From positions 1,018,617 to 1,082,616 of the forward strand of contig CP064974.1 in assembly GCA_016699385.1 (NCBI GenBank): 64,000 nucleotides of DNA. Direction: 5' to 3'. The stretch's first letter is position 1, and every line of letters begins with the position of its first letter. Position numbers and translations under genes: made by a program. A model generated the notes under the pieces. The model was not told the origin of the DNA. It worked only from the letters and a program-made list of their open reading frames with translations, and ran no database searches. Source of the DNA: Candidatus Moraniibacteriota bacterium (GTDB lineage: Bacteria > Patescibacteriota > Minisyncoccia > Moranbacterales > UBA1568). Positions 28,224 through 37,953 of the stretch are shown here, piece after piece.

Positions 28224-29628
28224 TCCATATCCACTTCTTCTTTTCTTTTACACCCTTCTTTTCTATTGGAAAGTAAGCCCTTTTCCCTACTTTGAGTTTG
28301 GATTTAAGTAAGCGAATCGTGTCATCTACATCCTTCTCCTTCTTGAAATAGTGAACATGATTATTCACCAAAGGATTGCCCTCGCCTTTTATCTCTTCGA
28401 GAGTGAATGGAGTGTTCTTGCTCCCGTCCATAATGGTAAGGAGGGCAAAGCCCTTACTACCTTGGTTTACCTCACCCCGCTCGTCTCTTAGAGTAATGTC
28501 GCCAGTCTCAGGGTAAAAACGAAGCTTCTCCTTATCATTTCTTAAAGGCAAAGTTACCGAAGGCATTTTTTGAATGCGTTTCAAGACTTCCTCGGCTATC
28601 TTTTCTCTTTCCTCATTTCGAGCAACAATTCTTTTCATCACAGTAACTTGACCCTGTATTCGTTGCTTAACTTCTGGCGACAGTGCTCGCAAAGGTGGGA
28701 GCTTGGATTCGGTCTTTCCTCCTGCCTTGTAGACCTTGCCGTCTTGCAGAAAAAATCCCGCATGAATGAGATAGACATTGAGTTTTTCCTGGAATTCGTG
28801 CGCCTTCACCACATCCCCCTCAAAGAAGAGTGGATGCACAATACCTTCTAGGATTTTAAAAAGGATGACATGGTCTTTTACTGAAGTGCAGGAGTAAAAA
28901 AGAAGAATCCTGTAAAAAAACATCGCTCGGCTGTATTTTTTGTAGTCTGACTCGGTAGGAGCGGGGAGGGGTCTCCTCATTGTCTGTCGTATGTTCTTTG
29001 CGCTGTATACGTCATTGATGTCTATCTTAAAATCTTCCAATAAAAGCAGTCCCTTGTATAAATCCCTACTTACACCACACTCCTGGAGGAATCTTGCCAT
29101 TTCGGAGTGACTTTTTAGTCCTTCCAGTGAATCTATTTCTCTGGCTACGAGCTTCAGGGCGCGACTGGAAATAATGCAATTTTCTTCTCGAATAGTATCT
29201 TCAATTTTGTTCAAATTCTGAATAGCGAGCTCGGGGTGAATGATAGGCCTCAGCTTCGCTTCAAGATAAGCGAATCTGTCTTTGTCAATCCGAACTCGCG
29301 TTCCAGTGTAAGAAAAAATATCGGGTAATTCAACGATTGTTTTTGTCACATACTCGTCTGGTCTATACTTCACTTTCAGTCGATAAGTGACTTCGATAAT
29401 TTTTCTCTCATGAAGATTACTCAACCCTTCCCGAGCGTCTTCATCCGAAGCCTTATTTCGCTTAATTTTGTCCAAGGGAAGAGGGAATTCGTTGGAGCCA
29501 CTTAGCTCCTGAGAAAGACGGAGGGCATTTACAACTTTCCATAGCTTTTTCTTGGCTTCATCGGAGAGCTCCCTCAGAAAAGTGTCTATTTCTGGAGTAA
29601 AGAGGGGTTTTATATCGTAGGTTGGCAT
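28213..29628 (-). CDS. hypothetical protein (possible replication initiator)
   Basis: 471-aa ORF between primase module and excisionase; no motif recognised. Confidence 0.4.
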   Translation of the reverse strand: MPTYDIKPLFTPEIDTFLRELSDEAKKKLWKVVNALRLSQELSGSNEFPLPLDKIKRNKASDEDAREGLSNLHERKIIEVTYRLKVKYRPDEYVTKTIVELPDIFSYTGTRVRIDKDRFAYLEAKLRPIIHPELAIQNLNKIEDTIREENCIISSRALKLVAREIDSLEGLKSHSEMARFLQECGVSRDLYKGLLLLEDFKIDINDVYSAKNIRQTMRRPLPAPTESDYKKYSRAMFFYRILLFYSCTSVKDHVILFKILEGIVHPLFFEGDVVKAHEFQEKLNVYLIHAGFFLQDGKVYKAGGKTESKLPPLRALSPEVKQRIQGQVTVMKRIVARNEEREKIAEEVLKRIQKMPSVTLPLRNDKEKLRFYPETGDITLRDERGEVNQGSKGFALLTIMDGSKNTPFTLEEIKGEGNPLVNNHVHYFKKEKDVDDTIRLLKSKLKVGKRAYFPIEKKGVKEKKKWIWIEK

Positions 29629-29676
29629 ATAATTTTCATTCTCATTTTTGACCGAACACTAATTCAGTGTATACTA

Positions 29677-29901
29677 ATGGTATCAAATAGTATGAAAAAA
29701 TCAATGACAGACAAGAAAATCGGCAGTGAGGAGATTCCAGAACTGTTCACCCTTGAAGAAGCCTGCGAGATGCTCAAAGTGCACCCAAACACACTTCGTC
29801 AATGGGATGCGAAAGGCATTTTGCCCGCTATTCGTATTGGGGAAAAACGTATGCGACGGTATCACAAGGAGGATATTCTCAAATTTCTTGAAAAAAAGTA
29901 G
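29677..29901 (+). CDS. excisionase/MerR-like HTH DNA-binding protein
   Basis: 'LEEACEMLKVHPNTLRQWDAKGILPAIRIGEKRMRRYHKEDI' HTH_17-type. Confidence 0.6.
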   Translation: MVSNSMKKSMTDKKIGSEEIPELFTLEEACEMLKVHPNTLRQWDAKGILPAIRIGEKRMRRYHKEDILKFLEKK

Positions 29902-29946
29902 CCATCCTTCGTACAAATTACTATTAAAAAACATTAAGATTACGAT

Positions 29947-31419
29947 TTGAATATGTTTGAACAGACTTTCAAGAATATAGACGATATTTTACACAAAGAC
30001 GCTGGGTGTAGCAGTGAGCTGGATTATGTTGAGCAAACCTCCTGGGTATTGTTTTTGAAATATCTCAATGATTTAGAGGAGGACAAAAAGACAGCCGCCG
30101 AACTGTCTGGCAAGAAATACGAAAGCATAATTGAACCAGAGTTTCGTTGGAATAATTGGGCGATGCCGAAAAACAAAGATGGTAAGCTCGACCATCAGAC
30201 AGCGCTTACAGGGGATGACCTTGTTGACTTCGTGAATATCCAGCTTTTTCCTTATCTGAAGAAATTCAAAGCTTCCGCTGAAAGCGCCGACACCATTGAA
30301 TACAAAATCGGTGAAATTTTCAGTGAGCTAAAAAACAGAATCCATAGTGGCTATAATCTCCGTGAAATTATCAATCTCATTGACCAGCTCCGATTCAGAA
30401 CGAATGCTGAAAAGCACGAGATGAGCCATCTCTACGAAGCCAAGATTCAGAACATGGGCAATGCTGGTCGTAATGGAGGTGAATACTATACACCGCGCCC
30501 GCTTATCAAAACCATAGTAAAGGTAGTGGCTCCAAAAATCGGAGACAAGATTTATGATGGTGCAGTCGGCAGTGCTGGCTTTTTATGTGAAGCTTTTAGT
30601 TATTTAATGGAAAGTAAGGGAAAAAAGGAAAATCTTACTCCAAAGGATATTGAAACTCTTCAAAAAAATACATTCTACGGTAGTGAGAAGAAATCATTGG
30701 CGTATATCATTGGCACGATGAATATGATTTTGCACGGAGTAGAGGCTCCGCACATTGTACATACCAACACTTTGGCTGAGAACATTGCCGATATTCAAGA
30801 GAAAGACCGCTATGATGTGGTACTCGCCAACCCGCCTTTTGGAGGGAAAGAGCGGGTAGAAGTGCAACAAAACTTTCCCATTAAAACTGGCGAAACTGCC
30901 TTTCTTTTTCTTCAGCATTTTATAAAAAAACTCAAAGCGGGTGGCAAGGCTGGTGTGGTTATCAAGAATACTTTTTTGAGCAATACGGACAATGCCTCAG
31001 TGAGTTTGCGCAAGCTTTTGCTGGAGAATTGTAATTTGCATACTGTATTGGATTTGCCAGGGGGAACTTTTACGGGAGCTGGCGTGAAGACGGTGGTATT
31101 ATTTTTTGAAAAGGGAAAGTCGACCAAAAAGGTTTGGTTTTATCAGTTGAATCTGGATAGGAATCTAGGGAAGACCAACGCATTAAGCGAAAAAGATTTG
31201 GCTGATTTCGTGAAATTACAGAAAACCAAGGCCGAGAGTGATAATTCCTGGGCTGTGGATGTGGCGGATGTGAATCAGAAAACTTTTGATTTAGGGGCTA
31301 AAAATCCTCACAAAAAAGCTGAGGCTACTTTACGTCAGCCACAAGAAATAGCGGAAGAGATGAAAAAGCTCGACAAGGAAAGTGCCGATATTTTGAACTC
31401 AGTTTTGAAAATGATATGA
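29947..31419 (+). CDS. hsdM: type I restriction-modification methyltransferase subunit
   Basis: 490 aa, 'VVLANPPFGG' motif IV, N6-adenine MTase architecture, followed by hsdS and hsdR. Confidence 0.85.
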   Translation: MNMFEQTFKNIDDILHKDAGCSSELDYVEQTSWVLFLKYLNDLEEDKKTAAELSGKKYESIIEPEFRWNNWAMPKNKDGKLDHQTALTGDDLVDFVNIQLFPYLKKFKASAESADTIEYKIGEIFSELKNRIHSGYNLREIINLIDQLRFRTNAEKHEMSHLYEAKIQNMGNAGRNGGEYYTPRPLIKTIVKVVAPKIGDKIYDGAVGSAGFLCEAFSYLMESKGKKENLTPKDIETLQKNTFYGSEKKSLAYIIGTMNMILHGVEAPHIVHTNTLAENIADIQEKDRYDVVLANPPFGGKERVEVQQNFPIKTGETAFLFLQHFIKKLKAGGKAGVVIKNTFLSNTDNASVSLRKLLLENCNLHTVLDLPGGTFTGAGVKTVVLFFEKGKSTKKVWFYQLNLDRNLGKTNALSEKDLADFVKLQKTKAESDNSWAVDVADVNQKTFDLGAKNPHKKAEATLRQPQEIAEEMKKLDKESADILNSVLKMI

Positions 31420-32603
31420 AACAAGATTGGGAAACAAAAAAATTAGGCGAAATATGCTCGATAGAATTAGGTAAAACTCCCTACAGGGGAGATGAGTCTT
31501 TTTGGGACAAAGAAAAAGAAACAAGAAATGTTTGGTTGTCCATTGCGGATTTATTGAATGTTAATGGAAATGTTGTATCTGACAGCAAGGAGTATATCTC
31601 TGATAAGGCAACTAAATTATCAAAGTTGGTTGAAAAGGGCACCCTGCTCGTTAGTTTCAAATTAACATTAGGTAGGCTCGCTTTCGCTGGCAAGGATTTA
31701 TATACAAATGAAGCTATCGCTGCTTTGGTTATAAAAGACAAAAAAATAATTGATATAAATTACTTGTATCAATTTTTGTCATTTTTCGATTGGAATTTGG
31801 CTGCGGAAGGAGATGTTAAGGTGAAGGGAAAAACACTTAATAAAGCCAAGCTTAAAGAAATTGAAATTATTTTCCCAAGTTCATTAAAAGAACAAAAACG
31901 CATCGTATCCATTTTGGATAGAGCTCTTGCTGATGTAGAAAAAGCTAAAGCCAATGCTGAACAAAACCTCAAAAACGCCAAAGAACTTTTTGAAAGTTAT
32001 TTACAGGGGGTGTTTGAGAAAAAAGGAGATGATTGGGAAGAGAAGACCTTGGGGGATATAGGAAAACCTTCAATGTGCAAAAGAATATTAAAACACCAAA
32101 CTTCATCAACTGGTGATATTCCTTTTTACAAAATTGGTACTTTTGGTAAAGCACCTAACGCTTTTATCTCTAGAGATATATATAATGAGTTTCGCACTAA
32201 GTATTCTTTTCCAAAAAAAGGAGACATCCTCATCTCTGCTTCAGGTACTATAGGTAGACGCGTTAGGTATAATGGTGAACCTGCTTTCTTTCAAGATTCA
32301 AATATTGTTTGGATTGATAATGACGAAAAGCAAGTTTTGAATGATTACCTGTATGTTTTCTATGAATTTTGTGACTGGCAACCATCTAAAGGAGCTACAA
32401 TTGCGAGGCTGTATAATAGTGACCTTACAAGAATAAAAATTGTATTCCCGAAATCTCTTGCAGAACAAAAAAACATCCTTAAAAAAATAGATGCCCTTTC
32501 GGCAGAAACAAAAAAACTCGAAGCCATTTATCAACAAAAAATAAAAGATTTAGAAGAGTTGAAAAAAAGTATTTTGCAAAAAGCATTTAACGGTGAGCTG
32601 TAA
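31416..32603 (+). CDS. hsdS: type I R-M specificity subunit (two TRDs)
   Basis: 395 aa, duplicated TRD architecture with conserved central/C-terminal coiled coils; 4-nt overlap with hsdM. Confidence 0.8.
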   Translation: MKQDWETKKLGEICSIELGKTPYRGDESFWDKEKETRNVWLSIADLLNVNGNVVSDSKEYISDKATKLSKLVEKGTLLVSFKLTLGRLAFAGKDLYTNEAIAALVIKDKKIIDINYLYQFLSFFDWNLAAEGDVKVKGKTLNKAKLKEIEIIFPSSLKEQKRIVSILDRALADVEKAKANAEQNLKNAKELFESYLQGVFEKKGDDWEEKTLGDIGKPSMCKRILKHQTSSTGDIPFYKIGTFGKAPNAFISRDIYNEFRTKYSFPKKGDILISASGTIGRRVRYNGEPAFFQDSNIVWIDNDEKQVLNDYLYVFYEFCDWQPSKGATIARLYNSDLTRIKIVFPKSLAEQKNILKKIDALSAETKKLEAIYQQKIKDLEELKKSILQKAFNGEL

Positions 32604-32626
32604 AAAATTACCATTACAATAAAAAT

Positions 32627-34984
32627 ATGAATGAAGCAGAGACAAGAGCTGAACTCATAGACCCAGTATTGAAATCCAGTGGCTGGGGCGTGATTGATGG
32701 CTCGAAAATTCTTCGTGAATACCATATAACCGCGGGGAAGATTCAGGCGGGAGGAGCAAGAGCGAAGAAGCTCACTGCTGACTACATCCTTGTCTACAAA
32801 GGCGTTAAGTTGGCTGTGATTGAGGCCAAGAGCGATGAATTGGAAGTCGGGGAGGGTGTTGCGCAAGCCAAGCAATATGCTGAGAAACTAGACCTGAAGA
32901 CAGCCTATGCCACGAACGGAAGAGAAATATACAGTATTGGGATGACTGGTAATGACAGGGGCGTAGTTGAAAAATACCCAACCCCTGACGAGCTTTGGAA
33001 TGAAACATTTTCAGACCAGAACGAGTGGAGGGATAGGTTTTCTCTCGTACCTTTTGAAGACATCAACAAAACAAAGCCCCCGCGCTTTTATCAGGAAATT
33101 GCCGTCAATAATGTTTTGGAGGCCGTAGCCAACAATAAAGAGCGGATACTATTAACTCTGGCAACGGGAACGGGCAAGACTTCGATTGCTTTTCAAATTG
33201 CCTGGAAGCTGTATCAGTCACGCTGGAATCTGAAACGTGATGGTGGCAGGCGACCGCGGATACTTTTTTTGGCCGACAGGAATAACCTTGCTAACCAGGC
33301 CTTCGGCGAGTTTTCTGCATACTCAGCATTTCCCGAAGATGCTTTGGTGCGCATCAGTCCCAAAGAAATCAGCAAGAAGGGGAGCGTACCGACCAATGGC
33401 AGCATCTTCTTCACTATCTTTCAGACATTTATGAGTGGCACGGATGCTGAAGGGAAACCTGCCCCCTATTTCGGAGAGTATCCTGCCGATTATTTTGATT
33501 TCATCATCATAGATGAGTGCCATCGTGGCGGAGCGAATGACGAAGGGAACTGGAGGGGGATTTTGGAGTATTTTTCTCCAGCAGTCCAGTTAGGTTTGAC
33601 GGCCACGCCAAAGCGTAAAGATAATGTGGATACGTATAGATACTTCGGCGAGCCAGTGTATGTCTACTCTCTCAAGGAGGGTATCAATGATGGATACCTG
33701 ACTCCATTCAAGGTGAAGCGTATTTCGACTACCTTGGATAGATATATTTTCACAAGTGATGACCAAATTGTTGAAGGGGAAATTGAAGAAGGGAGATGGT
33801 ACGAGGAGGCTGACTTCAATAAAATTATTGAGATAAAAGAAAGAGAAGTCAAGCGTGTGAAGGTTTTTATGGATGAAGCCGACCAAAATGAAAAGGCTAT
33901 TATCTTTTGTGCTACACAAAACCACGCTGCCGCCGTACGTGATTTGGTAAACCAATACAAGAAAAGCACCGACCCAAATTACTGTGTGCGTGTTACCGCC
34001 AATGACGGAGAAATAGGGGAGCAGTTCCTGCGAGAGTTTCAGGACAATGAAAAGACCATCCCTACTATACTCACCACTTCTCAGAAGCTATCAACGGGAG
34101 TGGATGCGAGGAATATCCGCAATATCGTCCTGATGCGACCAATAAACTCGATGATTGAGTTCAAGCAAATAGTGGGGCGTGGAACACGGTTATTTGATGG
34201 CAAAGAGTTTTTTACCATCTACGATTTTGTAGATGCCTATCATCATTTCGCAGACCCTGAGTGGGATGGCGAACCCGTAGAATTAGAAACAACGGAAAAG
34301 GAACCAAAAAAGAGTGTAGAGGAGCCAAGGGAAGAGAAGGCAAAGGAAGAAGAGACTGAAACAAAGCCTAAAAAAGTGAAGGTAAAGCTATCAAACGGGA
34401 AAGAGTTGGAAATACAGCATATGATTGCCACTTCATTTTGGAGTGCCGATGGGAAGCCTATTTCGGTGGAGGAATTTCTACATAACCTCTTTGGTGAGTT
34501 GCCGAAATTCTTTCAGAGTGAGGATGAATTACGAGAAATCTGGAGCAATCCCATAACGAGGAAAAATCTCCTAGAACGCTTGGCTGTCGCAGGGTATGGC
34601 AAGGACGAGCTGACCAATTTACAGAAGCTCATTGACGCTGAGAAGAGCGACCTTTTTGATGTTCTTGAATATGTATTCAATAGCGATGTGAAGCCAATTA
34701 CAAGGGAAATGAGGGTAGCTGGTGCGCAATCAACGATATTCGCCAAGCTTAGTAGTAAGCAAAAGGAATTTATTGAGTTTGTGCTGAGTAAATACATTGA
34801 AACAGGAGTTGAGGAGCTTGACCAAGAGAAACTTCCAGACTTGTTGAAGATTAAGTATCAGTCTCTTGAGGATGCAAAGGAAGAATTGGGAGAGGTTATA
34901 AATATCAGCTCGTTATTCATTAACTTCCAGCCGTTCTTGTATAAAAGCGATAATGTCCGCCAATACGAGAGAATGAGTGTTTGA
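32627..34984 (+). CDS. hsdR: type I R-M restriction subunit (helicase/nuclease)
   Basis: N-terminal nuclease region, SF2 helicase motifs 'LATGTGKT', 'IIIDECHRG', 'LTATP'; 785 aa. Confidence 0.8.
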   Translation: MNEAETRAELIDPVLKSSGWGVIDGSKILREYHITAGKIQAGGARAKKLTADYILVYKGVKLAVIEAKSDELEVGEGVAQAKQYAEKLDLKTAYATNGREIYSIGMTGNDRGVVEKYPTPDELWNETFSDQNEWRDRFSLVPFEDINKTKPPRFYQEIAVNNVLEAVANNKERILLTLATGTGKTSIAFQIAWKLYQSRWNLKRDGGRRPRILFLADRNNLANQAFGEFSAYSAFPEDALVRISPKEISKKGSVPTNGSIFFTIFQTFMSGTDAEGKPAPYFGEYPADYFDFIIIDECHRGGANDEGNWRGILEYFSPAVQLGLTATPKRKDNVDTYRYFGEPVYVYSLKEGINDGYLTPFKVKRISTTLDRYIFTSDDQIVEGEIEEGRWYEEADFNKIIEIKEREVKRVKVFMDEADQNEKAIIFCATQNHAAAVRDLVNQYKKSTDPNYCVRVTANDGEIGEQFLREFQDNEKTIPTILTTSQKLSTGVDARNIRNIVLMRPINSMIEFKQIVGRGTRLFDGKEFFTIYDFVDAYHHFADPEWDGEPVELETTEKEPKKSVEEPREEKAKEEETETKPKKVKVKLSNGKELEIQHMIATSFWSADGKPISVEEFLHNLFGELPKFFQSEDELREIWSNPITRKNLLERLAVAGYGKDELTNLQKLIDAEKSDLFDVLEYVFNSDVKPITREMRVAGAQSTIFAKLSSKQKEFIEFVLSKYIETGVEELDQEKLPDLLKIKYQSLEDAKEELGEVINISSLFINFQPFLYKSDNVRQYERMSV

Positions 34985-34994
34985 TTGTTGAGCT

Positions 34995-35177
34995 ATGCTT
35001 TCAATAGAAGAAGCCCGAAAACTCTTGGGAGATGATGGCAAAGAATATACCGACGCCGAAGTTGAACAAATCAGGGATGAGTGCCGAATACTCGGGGAAA
35101 TCATCTTTGAGAGTTGGATGAAAGAAAAGAATAGTGATAAACAGGGTGGGGTAAATCTTACACGCCTTGTTCCATAA
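34995..35177 (+). CDS. small hypothetical protein
   Basis: 60-aa ORF directly after hsdR. Confidence 0.25.
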   Translation: MLSIEEARKLLGDDGKEYTDAEVEQIRDECRILGEIIFESWMKEKNSDKQGGVNLTRLVP

Positions 35178-35198
35178 ACCTCTTTAGCCCGAAGTAGT

Positions 35199-35270
35199 AG
35201 AACTTTGACTCCTTATCCTCCTGTATAGAGGTTCTAATAGTGTTCAGTAGGCGGAGCAGGGTAGAACGAG
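35199..35270. repeat. ~70-nt direct repeat copy 1 (contains GTTCTA...TAGAAC inverted repeat)
   Basis: 'GAACTTTGACTCCTTATCCTCC...GTTCTAATAGTGTTCAGTAGGCGGAGCAGGGTAGAACGAG' ~75% identical to copy at 39982..40047. Confidence 0.5.
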
Positions 35271-35382
35271 GTTAAAATAAGGCTTGTTTTATTTTTATTT
35301 GTGAGGATGGACAAAGTTGGAGATCTTTGTTAGGGTATGAAGTCCAAATGGACACCATGGTTCCTTAAGTTAATGATTATGC

Positions 35383-36183
35383 TTGCGAGGTGACAAAATG
35401 GCACGGGCACAAAGTGTTCTGGAAACCCTCGACCGGCTTATTGAGAATGGTGAGCTGAAATCGACTGTCGACCAATATGTAGACTCTTTAAGAGTGAGTC
35501 CAAGCTCTTTCTACCAGCAAGAGCTTCGGAGGAAGGGATATGAATCCGCAGAAAAACTCCTCGATGATGTTATCCGGCGCAGAAGCTTGCGTGAGTTCTC
35601 GGACGCCATCGAACCTATTGCTGTCGGTATGCGAGATATTGCTTCCTCGGCCGAAAAAACCGGCGTATATTCTTCGGTAGTCAATGGGGATAGTACGTCG
35701 TCTTTTTCTCCAGTCTACTTCGATTCCGATACCGTCTCGGTGGTGGTAGTCTATGGCTTACCGCGACACAAAGGGTGTGGCTGTACCCAACCGGATGGGG
35801 CGGAGGTTTTTGGACAGAGTGGGACGTTGCCCTTGAAGGCATTGTTGCTCATTGAGTCGTCCGGAGGAAATCACAAGTTGTATTTGGTGTTTCCGATGCG
35901 AAATGACTCGGTTGGAGTTGTAGAAAGAGGCTTTGCGTCCATATCAATAAGGCGAGATGGAAGTGTTGATGGTGTAGACCTCGTTTCGCATATGACGACA
36001 GATAGCTTCCTCCAGTATAAGCTCGGCATCGTTTCTGCGGATCCGGCATTGCGAGTGTCTTCTTCGTCGGGTGGCTCGTTGGATGATCGCCTTGGATTTC
36101 CGGGAGCGGAACGGTATTTACTGGAGCACCTTCCACGGCTTGGTCCATACCTCTCGACCATTGCCGCACATCAGACACATTAG
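35383..36183 (+). CDS. hypothetical protein
   Basis: 266-aa ORF, GC-richer than neighbours, no motif recognised. Confidence 0.45.
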   Translation: MRGDKMARAQSVLETLDRLIENGELKSTVDQYVDSLRVSPSSFYQQELRRKGYESAEKLLDDVIRRRSLREFSDAIEPIAVGMRDIASSAEKTGVYSSVVNGDSTSSFSPVYFDSDTVSVVVVYGLPRHKGCGCTQPDGAEVFGQSGTLPLKALLLIESSGGNHKLYLVFPMRNDSVGVVERGFASISIRRDGSVDGVDLVSHMTTDSFLQYKLGIVSADPALRVSSSSGGSLDDRLGFPGAERYLLEHLPRLGPYLSTIAAHQTH

Positions 36184-36523
36184 AAAATTAGCGCGTTTGC
36201 GTGGCCCCGACAACTTGACTGTCAGGGCTTTTTTTATGCCCAAGCCCACCCGATTCCTTTCATCGTATTCACAATTTCTCGCCAATTCAAAGTTCCAAGT
36301 ACGTTTGCGCCAATGGGAGCAAACGAAAACCACGTCCGAGAGGGTGTGTTTTTTGTTTGAGGAAGGATATATACTGCGGAAGAGAAGAAGGGGTCAAAGG
36401 AGGTGGCTGAACCATTTTATTGGCCCAGAAGAAACACTGAGGACTGGGGATGAATGGGAATACACCGATGGAGCGGCTCCGGGAATTGGGAAGTGTAAAC
36501 TTGACGGTGCAATGGTACAGTTT

Positions 36524-36552
36524 TTGACAAAAAGTAGTGAATAGACTATAAT
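36524..36552 (+). promoter_or_regulatory. sigma-70-like promoter with overlapping TAGTGAATA/TATTCACTA inverted repeat (duplicate of fic promoter)
   Basis: TTGACA -17 nt- TATAAT; ~88% identical to region upstream of fic at 53547. Confidence 0.5.
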
Positions 36553-36577
36553 AATCGCATAGTATTCACTAAAAAGT

Positions 36578-36649
36578 ATGACTATAACCAAACCGATTCA
36601 AGAGAAAGACGTTTGGAAGATTGGAGAGAAATCCATAAATCATTCCTGA
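36578..36649 (+). pseudogene. fic remnant: first 9 and last ~10 codons of a fic gene joined in frame (23-aa mini-ORF)
   Basis: 'MTITKPIQE|KDVWKIGEKS' matches Fic N-terminus 'MAITKPIRD' and C-terminus 'KGVWKIGEKS'; DNA homology extends past stop. Confidence 0.55.
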
Positions 36650-36763
36650 ATTCTATATATTTGTCTCGATTGGGTGATATGGTTTTTTATCTCTAACGGA
36701 TTATTGATAGAGTCGATGGTTGTTTGGTAGAGTGTAACTTCTTTTGATCATGCCTACCTTGGG

Positions 36764-37915
36764 TTGATGCGCTGCGTCAATCTTGTGGTAAGGCGGGATC
36801 GTCCTGCTTTATCCCGTCGGGCGACCGAGGGGCTGACGAGCGATCGTCTTCATTGCACTCCTCTTGGAGAGTTTGAGATGAAACAAGACAACGAGTTCTT
36901 TACAACAGATACAACAAGCGATCATGGCGTTGAGCTGACCGGTATCAGGGCGTATTATCCCTATCTTGTCGGACATGCTTTCAGTTTCAGAGAGGGGACA
37001 CGCACGTCGGCGTTAGAGGATATGCTTCGTCTCTATGCCACTTCTTCGGTGCAGGATGGCGCAAAGGACAGAGATCAATGGGGGAAACTTGGGAAACGTC
37101 TCATTGAGAGCGAATTTTGTGAGAATAATTGGCCTGACGGACCATTTGGAATCAAACGTATTGGTAGTTTGGCCAAACGGAGTGACTGGAATGATGAGCG
37201 TTCCATTTGTGTTGGTTTTTCCAAGGCTGAATGGAAACTGCAACGTTTTGGCGATTGTCTCGGGATTCGACCGGTAGCGATTGGTCGCAGTGACAATGAA
37301 TTGCACGAGGAGGCGACGCGAACATTGGAGGAGCTTTCTGCTCAAGCTACTTCCAGACTCTGCTTCCATCGGTTTTACCGGCTTTTCCGTGTGGTGACTC
37401 CGCGATACTCCAGAGACTATGATATGGCGGTAGAGTTGTCGGATCTTCGGCATTATATGCCGACGATTCATTGGATCGACGACGCGGTTTGGATGCAACA
37501 GGAACTCGTGAAGGACTTCATTGGACAGCATCGAGAGATGGAGTCTGGTGTCGTTGTCGGATCATATCATGGGCTGCCGGTTACCGCGAAGTTATTGTGG
37601 GACAAAGATACGGAGACAGGAGACATGGCGCGTCGTCGGGGCACCATCGCTTCCGGGGACGATTCGACGATACGATTTCACGGTGAGTCCTCCGGGTTTA
37701 AGATGGCGTACGCCGTCTGTTCTTTGGGCGGGAATCGATGCTTTTTCTCGAAGGGAATCGATCATGACGTTGATTATGTTTGTGAACAGGATGTCATGAA
37801 GAATGCTGCTCGCGTTCTGCGCAATGGTCTCGTCGAACTCGAGCACGAGAACATTGTCAAACGGAATCCTTACTGGGTCAAAATGAGAAGAGAGTTTGCG
37901 CCCGCCACAACCTAG
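36764..37915 (+). CDS. hypothetical protein (probable start at Met 36878)
   Basis: 383-aa ORF, Cys/His/Trp-rich, no recognised domain. Confidence 0.45.
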   Translation: MMRCVNLVVRRDRPALSRRATEGLTSDRLHCTPLGEFEMKQDNEFFTTDTTSDHGVELTGIRAYYPYLVGHAFSFREGTRTSALEDMLRLYATSSVQDGAKDRDQWGKLGKRLIESEFCENNWPDGPFGIKRIGSLAKRSDWNDERSICVGFSKAEWKLQRFGDCLGIRPVAIGRSDNELHEEATRTLEELSAQATSRLCFHRFYRLFRVVTPRYSRDYDMAVELSDLRHYMPTIHWIDDAVWMQQELVKDFIGQHREMESGVVVGSYHGLPVTAKLLWDKDTETGDMARRRGTIASGDDSTIRFHGESSGFKMAYAVCSLGGNRCFFSKGIDHDVDYVCEQDVMKNAARVLRNGLVELEHENIVKRNPYWVKMRREFAPATT

Positions 37916-37953
37916 TTGCTTGCTGACTTGGGGATACGGGATACACACAGAGG

